Part shown: positions 51,421 to 64,000 of the stretch, piece by piece | How positions within the stretch are numbered: the stretch's first letter is position 1 | Layout of the letters: the number at the start of each line of letters is the position of its first letter | Program-made: the position numbers and the translations under genes | The notes under the pieces: generated by a model | Told to the model about the DNA's origin: nothing | Seen by the model: the letters and a program-made list of their open reading frames with translations, nothing else | Databases searched by the model: none | NCBI GenBank assembly: GCA_951406725.2 | Contig: OX597821.1 | Coordinates: 79,546,001-79,610,000 of the forward strand | DNA: 64,000 nt | Direction of reading: 5' to 3' | From: Octopus vulgaris | Taxonomy: Eukaryota

Positions 51421-52496
51421 TTTATATTTATAATTGAATATTAGTTTCAAATTTTGGCACTAGGTCAGCAATTTTGTAGGAGGGGGTTAAATTGAATACA
51501 TTAACCCTAGTATTCAATTGATATGTATTTTATTGACCCTGAAGGGATGTAAGGCAAAGTTGACTCCCCACAGAATTTGAGCTCAGAATATAAGGATGGA
51601 TGGAATGCCTCTAATTATTTTCCCCCAGCCTGCTAATGATTCTGCAAGCTCACTGCCTTTTGGTTGGTGTTCAGAAGGGCATCTAGCTGTAAAAACCTTA
51701 CCAAAACTGACCTCACCTGTGCTTGTGCCACGTAAAAAGCACTACTCATCTCACCTGTGCATGTGCCACATAAAAAGCATTAAGTCCATGCTGCTGAATG
51801 GTTGGTGTAGGAAAGGGCATCTAGCTGTAAAAACCTTGCCAAAACTGACCTCACTTGTGCTTGTGCCATGTGAAAGGCACTACTCACCTCACATAAAAAG
51901 CATTAAGTTCACTTTGCTAAGTATTTGGGCTTAGGAAGGACATCTAGCTGTAAAAATCCTGCCAAAACAGTCACAGAAGTCTGGTACAGGCTTTTGTGGT
52001 ACCATCCCACCCATGCTAGCATGGAACACGGACATTAACCCTTTAGCATTCAGATTAGTCTGTCAAATGTAAAGCCTGTTTAATCACATTGTTTTAAATT
52101 AATTGTACAGCATCTTGTAACTCTGAGATTTTGATGATGTCCCTGTTTATTTTTAGAATGACTTTGTAGGGTAAGTGTGAGAGGTCAGAGCTGGCTGGTT
52201 TGAGAATAAAACAGGAAGACAATTTTGGCCTGATATGGCCGGTTTAAACACTAAAGGACATTAAATGATGATGATGATGATAAAATTGTATAAAATGTAG
52301 TTGAAGTATTTTGTGTTGTAGAAATATAACCAATTTATTGCGCATAAACTTTAACCACAAAATCTTAAATAGAGCCTGGTTGAGAATAAGTAGTGTAGAG
52401 TAAGAAATCGAGTGAAGATGTAAAACAAGAAGAGTTAAGATATGTTGGTTCTTCTCCAATAGGCTGGATGATTTTGGTTCTGTAGATTTTTATCTC

Positions 52497-52801
52497 GGAG
52501 GCACATGGCCTAGTTGTTAGAGCAGCAGACTCACGGTCAAGGGATTGTGGGTTCGAATCTCAGACCGGGCGATGTGCGTTTATGAGTGAAACACCTAAGC
52601 TCCACGTCGGCTCTGGCAGAAGGTAATGGCAAACTTCTGCTGACTCTTTCGCCACAACTTTCTCTCACTCTTTCCTCCTGCATCTTGCAGCTCACCTGCA
52701 ACGGACTGGTGTCCCGTCCAGGTGGGGAACCTATACGCCAAGGAAACTGGGAAACCAGCCCTTATGAGCCAGGCATGGCTCAAGAAGGAACAAACAAAAA
52801 C
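52497..52801 (+). mobile_element. tRNA-derived SINE with a distinct tail
   Basis: A box TGGCCTAGTTG and B box GGTTCGAATC. Tail CCTGCAACGGACTGGTGTCCCGTCCAGG...GAACAAACAAAAAC. Confidence 0.75.
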
Positions 52802-52820
52802 ATATTTTTATCTCATAAGC

Positions 52821-53454
52821 CTTTGATATGAATTTTTGCCTCAGAAATCTTTCATCTGGTTAGAATCTTGCTTTTGGAGTGACTCAAGTATGATGTCACA
52901 GATGTTTTATTTTATGTTTGTGCCCTAGTCAAACCGTTCAGCTCATACCAGCATGGACAACAGATGCTAAATGATGATGTATAATGATGGTAATAGTATA
53001 TGGATCCTAGTAAATCCTAATCCCCCTAAATTTAAGGATCATACACATTCATCCATGACTCTCCTGTCTTTTGCTGAAATATATTATACGTAAATCTAGA
53101 TCATTTGATGTATCTTCCTCTTTACCAAAGACAATCCTGATAATCCTAAAATGAACAACTGAAGATCAAATACTAGTCACTTGATTTAATATTCAGGGCC
53201 TCATATCTTAGAGTGCTGTAAAGCCATCAAGAGGAAGGCCCCAAAATGGTACACATTCTCTCCTATTACCATCATTATACATCATCATGATCGTCATCAT
53301 CATTTAGCATCTGTTGTCCATGCTGGTATGAGTTGAACGGTTTGACTAGGGCACAAACATAAAATAAAACATCTGTGACCATCATACTTGAGTCACTCCA
53401 AAAGCAAGATTCTAACCAGATCAAAGATTTCTGAGGCAAAAATTCATATCAAAG
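52821..53454. repeat. Local inverted duplication, arms 52821-52996 and 53263-53454, spacer 266 bp
   Basis: Arms are reverse complements apart from a few substitutions, a 1-nt indel and extra CAT-like units. Confidence 0.92.
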
Positions 53455-54419
53455 TATCTGAGCTTTTGATTGGTGGTACTTACACAAACAAACACTTTGC
53501 AAGACTCCATAAACACCATTCAAATTGAAAATTTCAAAGTTGCTACAAGTACTATTTTTTACATTCTCTAATAATCTCTTATGATAACCTCATGTATGTC
53601 ATCTTTGTTAACATTACATCCCCAAAACTAAACTTTATTTTTCAGGCCAGATAGAAGGCAGTGAGCTGGTAGAATCATTTGTATACCAGGCAAAATGTTT
53701 AGCAGCATTTTATCGGTTTTTACATTCTGGGCTCAAATTCTGCCAAGGTTGACTTTGCCTTTCATCCTTTCAGGCTCACTCCTTCTCTGAAACTACTGGC
53801 CTTGTGCCAACATTTGAAACCATATTTAAGATCAGAAAATACTTCAGTTCCAATCAGTTGCTAACCTTTTAAAGAAGTTTATGTATAATCATCCAAATCA
53901 TTGCAAAAAAAGGTACCCTCACAGAAACTTTGTTGGATGTCTGCAACAAGACAGTAAGGGCCAGCCAATTATATCAATGAAAGATGACATCATTTCCATC
54001 ACCAAAAGTCTAGTTTTGGGGATACAGTGGGGACATAGTGTTAACAAAAATGACATATATGAGGTTATCATAAGAAATTGTTAGAGAATTTAAAAAATAG
54101 TATTTGTAGCAATTTTGAAATTTTCAATTTGAATGGTGTTTATGGAGTCTTGCAAAGGGCTTGCTTGTTGGGTGCTTTTTATGTTGTACCTGTGCTTTTA
54201 ACATGGCACCAGCACAAGTGCATTTTATGTAGCACCAGCTCTGGTATCAATTCTGCTATGGCAGATGGGTCCTCTTCTTTGTTTTGTTAGATGCTGGCAT
54301 GTTTTGAGATATGTAAGCGTTAATATCCTTTCCTGAGTTTGTTTGTTATTCAGGCACTGAAATACTGGAAATATTTAATTTCCTTTTGTGTGTGTGTGTG
54401 TGTCCTTCTGATATGATGA

Positions 54420-54900
54420 AGTCTATTGAAGGCTGATTAAGCCTTCACTAACCCATATGAGTAGCTGAACGTTCTTCAAATGGAGCCAATAACAATACTG
54501 TATCATCTGCAAAAATCTACAATTGTTATTTGTTATTTTTTGAACTAAATGACTTGAGTCATTCCTTTTGGTGAATTTGATTGATTGATCAGCTGTGACA
54601 ATTCTTGTAGCATAAAGTAGCAGAGTGTCTCCTTGAAACACTCCTGCAAGAATTTCAAAAGAATCCATGTTCCTGAAAGTTTCCTATGGGCCACAATGTT
54701 CAATTTACAACCCCCAAATGTTAGTATTGCTTCCAGATTCCGATCTTCCATTCTTTCTAACAATTTTCATAAAGGAAGTATCTAAGTGTAGTAAATGAAT
54801 GTTCTGATCAGAATCCATTCTGGTTGTTTCTGAGAATTGGTTATAATCAACGCCTGATTCTTTGTAGTAACATATTGTTGTAAATTTTCACAAAGGTTAC
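54420..54900 (-). mobile_element. Highly degraded non-LTR RT remnant
   Basis: FEILAGVFQGDTL and a decayed FADD-like segment. Confidence 0.45.
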
Positions 54901-55281
54901 TAATACAGTTATACCGTATTAATTACCCAGTGGTGAACTTATTACCACCACTTCTGCTACTTCTGCAGTAATGACAAAGCATCTAACAACCTGCTATTTA
55001 GTTATAGGCTTGAAATATTGTGTTATGATTTCCGAAACAAGGGAGGCAATCATTAAGACGTAGTTATTTCCCTTGGCCCATAAACCGTCAAAGTTGCTCG
55101 AATGGTTGTGACTTTATAGCAGCGCCACTCAAGGTTTACCAGTTACATTCTACAATTACCTGGGAATTTACATGTTTCTAATAGCAAAGAAGGAATCCCT
55201 TTTAATTACTGGAGATATCGCGGCTACTATTGAATTTATGATTTCTAATATGGGTACAAAGCCTCCCAGTTTTGAAGGTGG

Positions 55282-55609
55282 GTGAGGGCGCGTGGCTTAG
55301 TGGTTAGGGCATTCGGCTCATGATCGTAAGGTTGTGAGTTCGATTCCCGGCGACGCGTTGTGTCCATGAGCAAGACACTTTATTTCACGTTGCTCCAGTC
55401 CACTCAGCTGGCAAAAATGAGTTGTACTTGTATTTCAAAGGGTCAGCCTTGTCACTCTCTGTGTCACGCTGATTATCCCCGAGAACTACGTTAAGGGTAC
55501 ACATGTCTGTGGAATGCTCAGCCATTTGCACGTTAATTTCACAAGCAAGCTGTTCCGTTGATCGTATCAGCTGGGACCATCGTCGTCGTAACCGGCGGAG
55601 TCTTTTTTT
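55282..55609 (+). mobile_element. Young full-length tRNA-derived SINE
   Basis: Near-identical reverse complement of 17450-17770. Intact A/B boxes and CpGs. Ends in a T run. Confidence 0.9.
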
Positions 55610-56269
55610 AACTACATGATTGGTGCTATATTTTATTGACGACCTTTGAAAGGATGAAATATAAAATCGATATCATTGAAATATTAAAAGGAAAAAATTA
55701 TTTTATAATAATTGTTGTAGAAAAAAAAAAGAAATTGTATAATGTTATGTTCACTATCTTAGACATGGCTGTGTGGTTAAGAAGCCCGCTTAGCAACCAT
55801 GCTGTTTTATGTTTAGTCCCTTAAGCAAGTATCTTCTACTATAACTCGAGACAACTAATGCCTTTTGAGTAAATTAGGTAGATGGAAAGTGTGTAGAAGC
55901 CTGACATGTAAAGGGTAAAAACCGACTTCAGTGGTGAATGACCATGGGATTGCACCTAGAAAGTTACCCTTTGAGGCATAAGTCCAGGCAAGGTTGTTAA
56001 TGGAAGACCAGCAGTTGCACATGTATACCAGCCTCCCTTCTGCATACCATCGATGTTATCCAAGGGAAAAGCAAAGGGGCCGATACAGCTTGGCACCAGT
56101 GACGTCGCAACTCATTTCTACAGCTGAGTGAACTGGAGCAACATGAAATAAAGTGTCTTGTTCAAGAATGCAACACACAACCGGGTCTGGGAATCGAACT
56201 CACTACCATATGATTGTGAGCCAGATGCTTTAACCACTGAGCCATGCGCCTTCACACACACACACACAC

Positions 56270-56336
<67 letters not shown>

Positions 56337-56360
56337 ACATATATATATATATATATATGT

Positions 56361-56400
<40 letters not shown>

Positions 56401-56597
56401 CAAAATTAGAGAATGGAGAAACATACTTAAATCAGTAAAACATCAACTATCCGATGATACTCAATCCATACTTTAATACACCATTACATATGATAAAGGC
56501 AATATATAAAATGAAATGAGATATACAGTAATAGTAAAAAGATAAAAAGATATAAGTAAAAATTTCAAATATAATATGCAAATAAATCAAAACTATG

Positions 56598-56629
<32 letters not shown>

Positions 56630-56884
56630 ATACATATATATATCATCATCATCATCATCATCGTTTGATGATGATGATGATGATATATATATATGTATAA
56701 GTATATTTGTGTATGCTTATGTTTGCCACCCCTACTATTTGCTTGACTACTGGTGTTGGTTTACTTACATCCCCTTAATTTTGCTGTTCAGCAAAAGTGA
56801 CTGATAGAATAAATATCAGACTTTAAAAGAATACTTTTGTGGTTGATTTGTTCAATTAAATCCTTCAAGGTGGTGCCCCAGCAC

Positions 56885-56920
<36 letters not shown>

Positions 56921-58730
56921 ATAGACATCCGATGTTGGTGTGTTTACGTCTCTCTAACTTAGCGGTTTGGCAAAAGAGACTGATAGAATAAGTACTAGGC
57001 TTACAAAGAATAAGTCCTGGGGTCGATTTGCTCGACTAAAGGCAGTGCTCCAGCATGGCCACAGACACATGACTGAAACAAGTAAAAGAGTAAAGAGTAA
57101 ATATTCTATCATATTTAATTGTGTTCCTTTGTGTTTTGAGCTTGAATTCGGCAACAAACAGCCTTGTCTTTCGTCTTTTTGGAGCTAATGAAATGTGTAC
57201 CAGTAATATAAAATATACCTCCTATAACCTGTAAATGGCTGGCCTTGTGTGGGTTTTAAAAGATTTGGCTGCTATTTCTAGCAGATCGAGTGACCATGTA
57301 GTGGCTTCAATGGTTTGAAATATGGGCAGTCATTAGAGCAGAAAAGCTAGTTCTGTTATTTATTGGTAGGTATCAGGTGGAAGCAAAATCTGAGCGAGTG
57401 TCAGTGGTTTCTTTTAGTTTATTTTTCACAATAGAAGGTTTTACACTCTGTTTCATTCCTTGACTTAACCACAATAACAATATGTAATTTCTCTGTCTTT
57501 TTTTTACAATCTGGAGGAAATTCAGATGTTTCTTCCACAATATTCCAGAATTATCTTCCTTATTGATAAGATAATGGGTTGGGGGTGGGAAAAATGGAGC
57601 TACTTTTGATTGAAACCATCATTATCATTGTCATCATCATCATCATCATCATTATTTTAATGTCCACTTTTCCATGTTCCCATGGTTCCCATGGTTTGGA
57701 CACAAGATGTAGAGGCAGGATGTCTTTCCTGTCACCAACCCTTATCTCTTTCCAAATAAGGTAATGTTTCCCCTCCTTAACAAGACATTTTAAGTAACAT
57801 CACTGTCTTCCATACATACAGGGCTTGTTCTTCCAGGTGCCGGTGCCACTTAAAAAGCACTCATGCCAGTATTGCATTAACGCACCCATGTCAGTGCTGC
57901 ATTAATGCACCAGTGAGTGGGGTGACATATAAAATCACGCCACACACTCTGTTAAGTGGTTAGTGTTAGGAAGGGCATCGAGCCATAGAAACCATGCTTC
58001 AACAGACGGTCGGGAACTTGGACAGCTCCTTGCTTGCCAGCCCCATGTCAAACGGTCCAGCCTATGCTAGCATGGAGACTGGACATTAAATGACGGCGAC
58101 GATGATGATGATGATTGGAAATGAAGCACTCTACCTGCATGGGTGGTGACACTTCATCATCATCATCAACATCGTTTAACGTCCGCTTTCCATGCTGGCA
58201 TGGGTTGGACGGTTTGACTGAGAACTGGCAAGCCAGATGGCTGCACCTGGCTCCAATCTACTGCTGGATGCCCTTCCTAAAGCCAACCACTCCGAGAGTG
58301 TAGTGGGTGCTTTTTACATGCCACCGGCACAAGGGCCAGTCAGGCGGTATTGGCGATGGCCACGCTCAAATAGTGTTTTTTATGTGTCACCTGCACAGGA
58401 GCCAGTCCAGCGGCACTGGCAATGACCTCGCTCGAATGTTGTTTTTCATGTTCTACCAGCACAAGTGCCAGTAGGGTGACGCTGGCAATGATCACGCTCG
58501 AATGGTGTTTTTTATGTGCTACCGGCATGGGAGCCAGTCAGCAGCCCTGGCAACGATCATACTCAGATGGTGCTTTTAACATTCCACTGGCTTGGGTTGT
58601 TTACAGATATGTTTTACTAATATGCAAAGTCAAGGCAAGGAGACAGTAACATACACACATGCACATGCACACACACACACACACACACACACAGTGGGCT
58701 TCTTTCAGTTTCCACCTACAAATTCCACTC

Positions 58731-59179
58731 ATTGAAACTCCGATGTCTGGCAGCTGACTTGGCAGACACCCATAAAATTATCAACCATCGCACAAACAAT
58801 AACTCTGAGCACCTCTTCAAACTCCACCCATCTAACACCCGTGGACATATTTATAAAGTAAGAAAACAGCACAGCTCCCATGACTTGAGGAAACATTTTT
58901 TCACGCTGAGAGTTGCTGAAGCATGGAACAAACTGCCGGCATCGGTTGTTAGTTGTCGGAGCACTGCATCCTTCAAAACTTCCATACTTCCTGAGATTCG
59001 CCAACACTACACTTGATTTTCTCCCCTCCATACACACACAAGCATGTATCTGACTCATACATTGTTCGCTTTCCAGACATTTGTACATTACAGCATGTAC
59101 TTTATATGCACTTTCTGACAAGTTGCGGTGCACCTGAGCACTGTGTACAATAATTTCATTATTATTATTATTATTATTA
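58731..59179 (+). mobile_element. CR1/L2-group LINE 3' end with (TTA)n tail, nested in a family A SINE
   Basis: NTRGHIYKV..HFFTLRVAEAWNKLPASVV..SFK. Splits the SINE sequence TTCCACTCA | AGCTTTGGT. Confidence 0.85.
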
Positions 59180-59399
59180 AGCTTTGGTTAGCCTAGAACT
59201 ACATAGTACAAAACAGTTGCCTGAAGTGTCATGCAGTGAGATTGAACTCAAAACCCTGTGGCTGGAGAGCAAACTTCTTACCACACAGCCAAACCTGCCT
59301 CTCTGTCCCCCTCCACCGCCTTATTTGATATTCTTTACTTTTCTCTCAACTTGAATGTCCAAGATATGATTCACTTGTTTATCCTTACCTGGTGATTAG

Positions 59400-59501
59400 A
59401 ACACAGAGGGAGGTTGAACGACGTCAAATTATGATTGATGAACTCTCCAGTAAACAAATGAAGCTGGAACTGGCATTCCGCAATGAAGGTGACAACATCA
59501 G
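59400..59501 (+). CDS. STX8: Syntaxin-8 coding exon 4 (102 nt; (L)TQREVERRQIMIDELSSKQMKLELAFRNEGDNI(R)); gene continues beyond the window
   Basis: Resembles recalled human ITQLEGDRRQNLLDDL...ASFKNEG. Acceptor gattAG with TCCTTAC just upstream. Donor CAG|GTAAGT. Confidence 0.9.
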
Positions 59502-60133
59502 GTAAGTCCATTTTGTCCTGTTTTTAACCCTTTCTCATTTAAACCTGCCGTATCTGGCCAAAATATATTCTACCCGTTTTATGTTCAAACTGATTAGATC
59601 TGACATGTCACACCTACCCAGCAATGTCATTCTAAAAATAAGCAAACGTATCATTGGGATCTCTTGCCCTTGGACGGCAGATTGAGAAATTAATTTTTTG
59701 TTACTAAACACTTTCAGACTTCGGACACTGGTAGAATGTGTCATATAAAACATCTTTTACTCTTAGTGTTGTTGAGAAAAGTTTATATTTTCAGAGTTAT
59801 TTTGTGTTAAAGTTGTCGTATTTTGGTAATTTCAGCTAATCAATGACGTGTATTCAGCTGAATAAAAGCACCATCTGATGATGATGATGATGATATATAT
59901 ATATATATATGACGGGCTTCTTTCAGTTTCCGTCTACCAGATCCACTTACAAGGCTTTGGTCAGCCCAAGGCTATAGAAGAAGACATTTGCCATGTAGTG
60001 GGACTGAACCTGGAACCATGTGATTGATAAGCAAGCTACTTACCATGCAGCTGCTCCTGTGCCTATGTGAATAATTTTTATTTTTCCTGCTACTTTTACA
60101 GACTTCCTTGACTTTCTGTCATCATCCAATTCC

Positions 60134-60494
60134 ATTATTACCTCTGCCTTAGTGAAGGCAGAGGTATTGTTTTCAGTTGTGTTTGTTTGTTTGTTTTTTT
60201 GTCAAGAACAGCTGGATGGATTCACATGAAACTTTCAGGGATAATTGGCCTCATGACTGGTATGAACTGATTAGATTTTGAGATCAATCCAATACCGGAC
60301 AAGGATTCTGGATTATTTTTCCTGTTTTTTTACTTAATTTTTGAGAGTGGTTGGATTCATTTTTAGTATTCTCGTTTATGAGAGCAGTCGAGATTATTTC
60401 AAATATTCTCATTTTAAAAATCATCTCCGGCTAATTATTGAGAGGACGTTGGTGTTGCCTTGGTGGAGGTTTGTGCTCTCTGAATGCTCTTGTT
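60134..60494 (+). mobile_element. Helentron-associated (HINE/DINE-like) non-autonomous element
   Basis: 5' ACCTCTGCC..GGCAGAGGT palindrome, (GTTT)n tract, and 3' sub-terminal CCTTGGTGGAGGT followed by a short terminal hairpin-like segment. Confidence 0.6.
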
Positions 60495-60944
60495 ATGAAT
60501 TTGAAATGAGTCTTTCATTAGCTGATTCTTCTAAGATTCCTCTGCTCAGCATCAATGTTAGAAACACCATCAGCTTCTTCACAATCCACCATGCTACAGT
60601 CCCATGACTTCACTGTATCTCTGGCTAGGATACAGTGGCTGATTGCATGTTATGCTTTGCCAATGGGCAAAACGTAGCTATGTGGTGCACCATTGTCACT
60701 CCATGGGGTATTTTGAAAATTAATACTACATGAGGAAGGTTGCGAAACAGCTGTAGTCTTACGGAAGTTACAGGTATAGATAGATATATATTCACCCCTG
60801 ACACCTCCTGACTTTATAGTTTTATGTATGTATATGTGTGTGTGTGTATCCATCCATCTATCTATTCATCTATCTATGTGTGTGTGTGTCTACACCTATC
60901 TATCTCTCTATTTAACTATCTATCTATCTATCTATCTATCTATG

Positions 60945-61005
<61 letters not shown>

Positions 61006-61724
61006 ATTCACATGTTTCTGTGTGGTGCAGATTACTATGCACATACGTACACATGCAAGTAAAAAAAAAAAGGAAGAAACAGAAAATAAGAGCAGAATCT
61101 CTGCCTCTGTTCAGAGCTGCCATGCCCTTCCTCTTACCTTCACCCTCCGCTCATCTCTCAATGAAGTGTATGTGTGTGGGAGGGAGTGGGGTTTGTTGGG
61201 AGAAGGGGAGTGGGAGTGGCATGGTATTTACCTTGACATTTTCAACACTTAGAGAATGTGGGAGGCTGTACACTGGAAGTTGTAACTTTTTATGTTAGGT
61301 GTGTGTGTGTTTGTAGGATGGGTGGTTGGGAGACTGGGGATGAGAGAGAGAGAGAAGGAAGGAAAGAGAGAGAGAGGGGAAATAGTGAATGTGAAAATAA
61401 TAGATATAGTGATAAATAGATAGCTAGATGGATTGTTAGATAAGATAGTTGGAGAGATAATCAGATACATCCACATGCATTGTGCACACACACACACACA
61501 CACACACTTGTAAAATATTTGTGAGATCTATCGTTTTCTATACATCTCTCTGTTGATCTATCTGTTTATATTTTATGTATTGATTAAGTCTTTTCTTGTT
61601 TGTTTTGCAAAATAGTGGTTTTGTCTCTAATTAATATTATATAATATTTTACTATAAAATTGGTTTTAATCCTAAATCTGATTTTTTCCCTGTAAATTTG
61701 GATTTATTCCCTAATATTTATTAT

Positions 61725-61772
<48 letters not shown>

Positions 61773-63483
61773 ACATATGTACATATGGCACGTAAAAAGC
61801 GACATCCGAACGTGGTTGATGCCAGCACTGCCTGACTGGTGTCCGTGTTCGTGACATGTAAAAACCACCAACCGATCATGGCCGTTTGCCAGCCTCCTCC
61901 GGCCCCTGTGCCGGTGGCACATAAAAGCACTCACTACACTCTCAGAGTGGTTGGCGTTAGGAAGGGCATCCAGCTGTAGAAACACAGCCAGATCAGACTG
62001 GAGCCTGGCACAGCCTCCTGGCTTCCCAGACCCCGGTCGAACTGTCCAACCCTGGAAAATGGATGTTAAATGATGATGATGATGTGTGTGTGTATGTGTA
62101 TCAAATGTTTAATCCAAAATCGTTAGCATGACAAAATATATCTGACTAAGAAATATAGATTAAATAATTCATTCACTCTCAGACTTATTTTTGAGTTCTT
62201 TATTCTTAGCAGCTGGACGTAGATTCTTTTGAACTTGTCACACATTGAAATGAATATATACATATATTTCTAGAGCATCCAGCCATAGAAACCATGCCAA
62301 ATCAGACTGGAGTCTGGTTCAGCCTTCAAGCTTACCAGCCCTGGTTAAACCATCCAGCCCATACCAGCATGGACAATGGACATTAAATGATGATGATAAT
62401 GATATATATATATATATATATCAGTGCTTAATGTTTGTTTTCCATACTGCTATGGCTTGGACAGTTTGACCAGTGCTGGCCAGTTGGAGAGCTGTGTCAG
62501 GCTCCAATGGTCAGTTTTGGCATGGTTTCTATGGCTGATGCCATTCATAATGCCAACCACATTACAAAGTGTACTGAGTGCCTTTTATGTGGCACTGGCA
62601 CAGATGCTCTTTATGGGGCACCAGCACCGAAAACGTTACCAAGTATCTTACATAACAAAAACCCCTTCAGCTGGGAGGGGAGCATGCATGTATGTGTACG
62701 TACGTATGTATGTACTTACATACGTACATACATATATATATATGAGTATTTTAGACATGCAGCTATATGCATGAGAATTCATACATAAAACAAAGCATAC
62801 AAATCTACACACACACACATACACACACTCACTCACAAACAAACAAAAATGCCCTGTGGATGTTGTTGAAATTCCAATGAAGGAGCGTTGGATCTAGGTT
62901 AGAAACCAGCTCTTTCTCTATTGGCATGAAATCTTGAAATAAAACTAAATAATGACATACATACACCTTCTTTTGATGGCTCAAAACATCCCATAGAGTG
63001 AGCAGAAGACCAAAGAACTGGTTTATAGACACATTTGACTTCTCTTTACCATTGTTACTCAACACAGAGTAGATTATTCTTCCTGAACTCTCGGCTGTTT
63101 TGGATGTTTTGTTATATTTTGGTGACCTCTGTATACTAATTGATGAAGACCGCATAAATATATTGATATTATTAGCAAACTTGCACAACATGAGATCAAG
63201 GATTTAGCAAAACTAATGTGGGACAAACATCCCTGGTGAATGTGGTAAATTGCATCTCAGGTTGTGGCCACATGAAGATATATATATTTCGAGCCCACAT
63301 GTGTCTTTATGCCAGGTGTTTGAAAAGCTAAAGCATAACAGAGGGACAAGCACCAGTGTGTGTTGTTGTGGAAGAGATTTGTGGGGTTGAAGGAGATACA
63401 CTACTTGACGTAGAGCAGACAAATAGAGATAGACCAATGCAATGAAAGAAAAAATAGTCTAGACTAACTGATATTTATGTATG

Positions 63484-63524
<41 letters not shown>

Positions 63525-63591
63525 ACACATATATATACATATATATATATATATACATACACATATATATACATATATATATATACATATA

Positions 63592-64000
63592 TCCAATGTC
63601 CAGCGACGTGAGGACCAAAGAACTGAGGTATTTCGGATTGCTAGACAGTGTGTGTGAGAAAATAGTGATGTTACAGGAGAGAAATGTGTCCGCATGGATA
63701 ATGGGGCACTTGCTTTTAATGTTGGTGAAAAGAAAGAGGCTTGGAGAAGCCATTATGAAAGACTGCTGAATGTGGAGAATGAATGGGTGGAGGAGAGCCT
63801 GCCAAATGTTGATCCAGTAGAGGGACCAGCTATCCAAATAGACAGCTCCCTTGTAGTTAAGGCAATTAAGGGTATGAAACCAGGTAAAGCCCCTGGCCCA
63901 TCAGGTATCACTGCTGAGATGCTTAAAACAGCTGGTTATGTGGGCTATGGCCTAGTCACCTGCATTGTAAACCAGGTAGTTCATAATGGAGTCATACCCA
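63592..64000 (+). mobile_element. RTE LINE fragment running off the window end (probably the same family as 15589-16777)
   Basis: [53 protein letters not shown]. Begins directly after (TA)n. Confidence 0.88.

Larger units (their letters stand above)
48024..59399 (+). other. U12-type (minor spliceosome) GT-AG intron 3 of STX8, 11,376 nt
   Basis: 5' site GTATCCTTT (48024-48032). Branch-like TCCTTAC at 59382-59388, about 11 nt before the intron end. No polypyrimidine tract between branch and AG. Confidence 0.85.

Noticed and set aside
55282-55355. tRNA gene (also 17700-17770 and 52497-52570)
   Set aside because: A/B boxes run straight into SINE bodies, the acceptor stem is incomplete and one copy has a TSD.
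60725-60760. Fifth hammerhead candidate (ATGAGGA...GAAACAGCTGTAG)
   Set aside because: The first core base is wrong and stems I and II are too weak. At best a dead relic.
62860-62920. Hammerhead-like ATGAAGGAG...TAGAAACCAGCTC
   Set aside because: No CUGANGA box and no clear stems.

Overview
AT-rich, repeat-dense animal genomic DNA. The repeat families and microsatellite load suggest a coleoid cephalopod, probably Octopus (inference). The only host gene recognised is the 5' part of syntaxin-8 (STX8, + strand; coding exons 35129-35145, 43297-43396, 47929-48023 and 59400-59501). Its third intron (about 11.4 kb) has U12 minor-spliceosome signals. The first 35 kb is a transposon graveyard. It holds three CR1/L2-group LINE copies set in (TA)n tracts and a 5'-truncated Penelope-like element (RT + GIY-YIG) bracketed by 457-bp inverted arms that each carry a hammerhead ribozyme. 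Two further solitary hammerhead motifs lie at 5.7 and 29.0 kb. There are also RTE and Vingi-like remnants and a structured satellite of about 17 double-hairpin blocks with 10-mer spacers, set between A/T-rich tracts. The STX8 introns contain mariner relics, MITEs, modular tRNA-derived SINEs, many RTE 3' tails in both orientations and a near-perfect local inverted duplication. Most ORFs in the supplied track are microsatellite or antisense noise.
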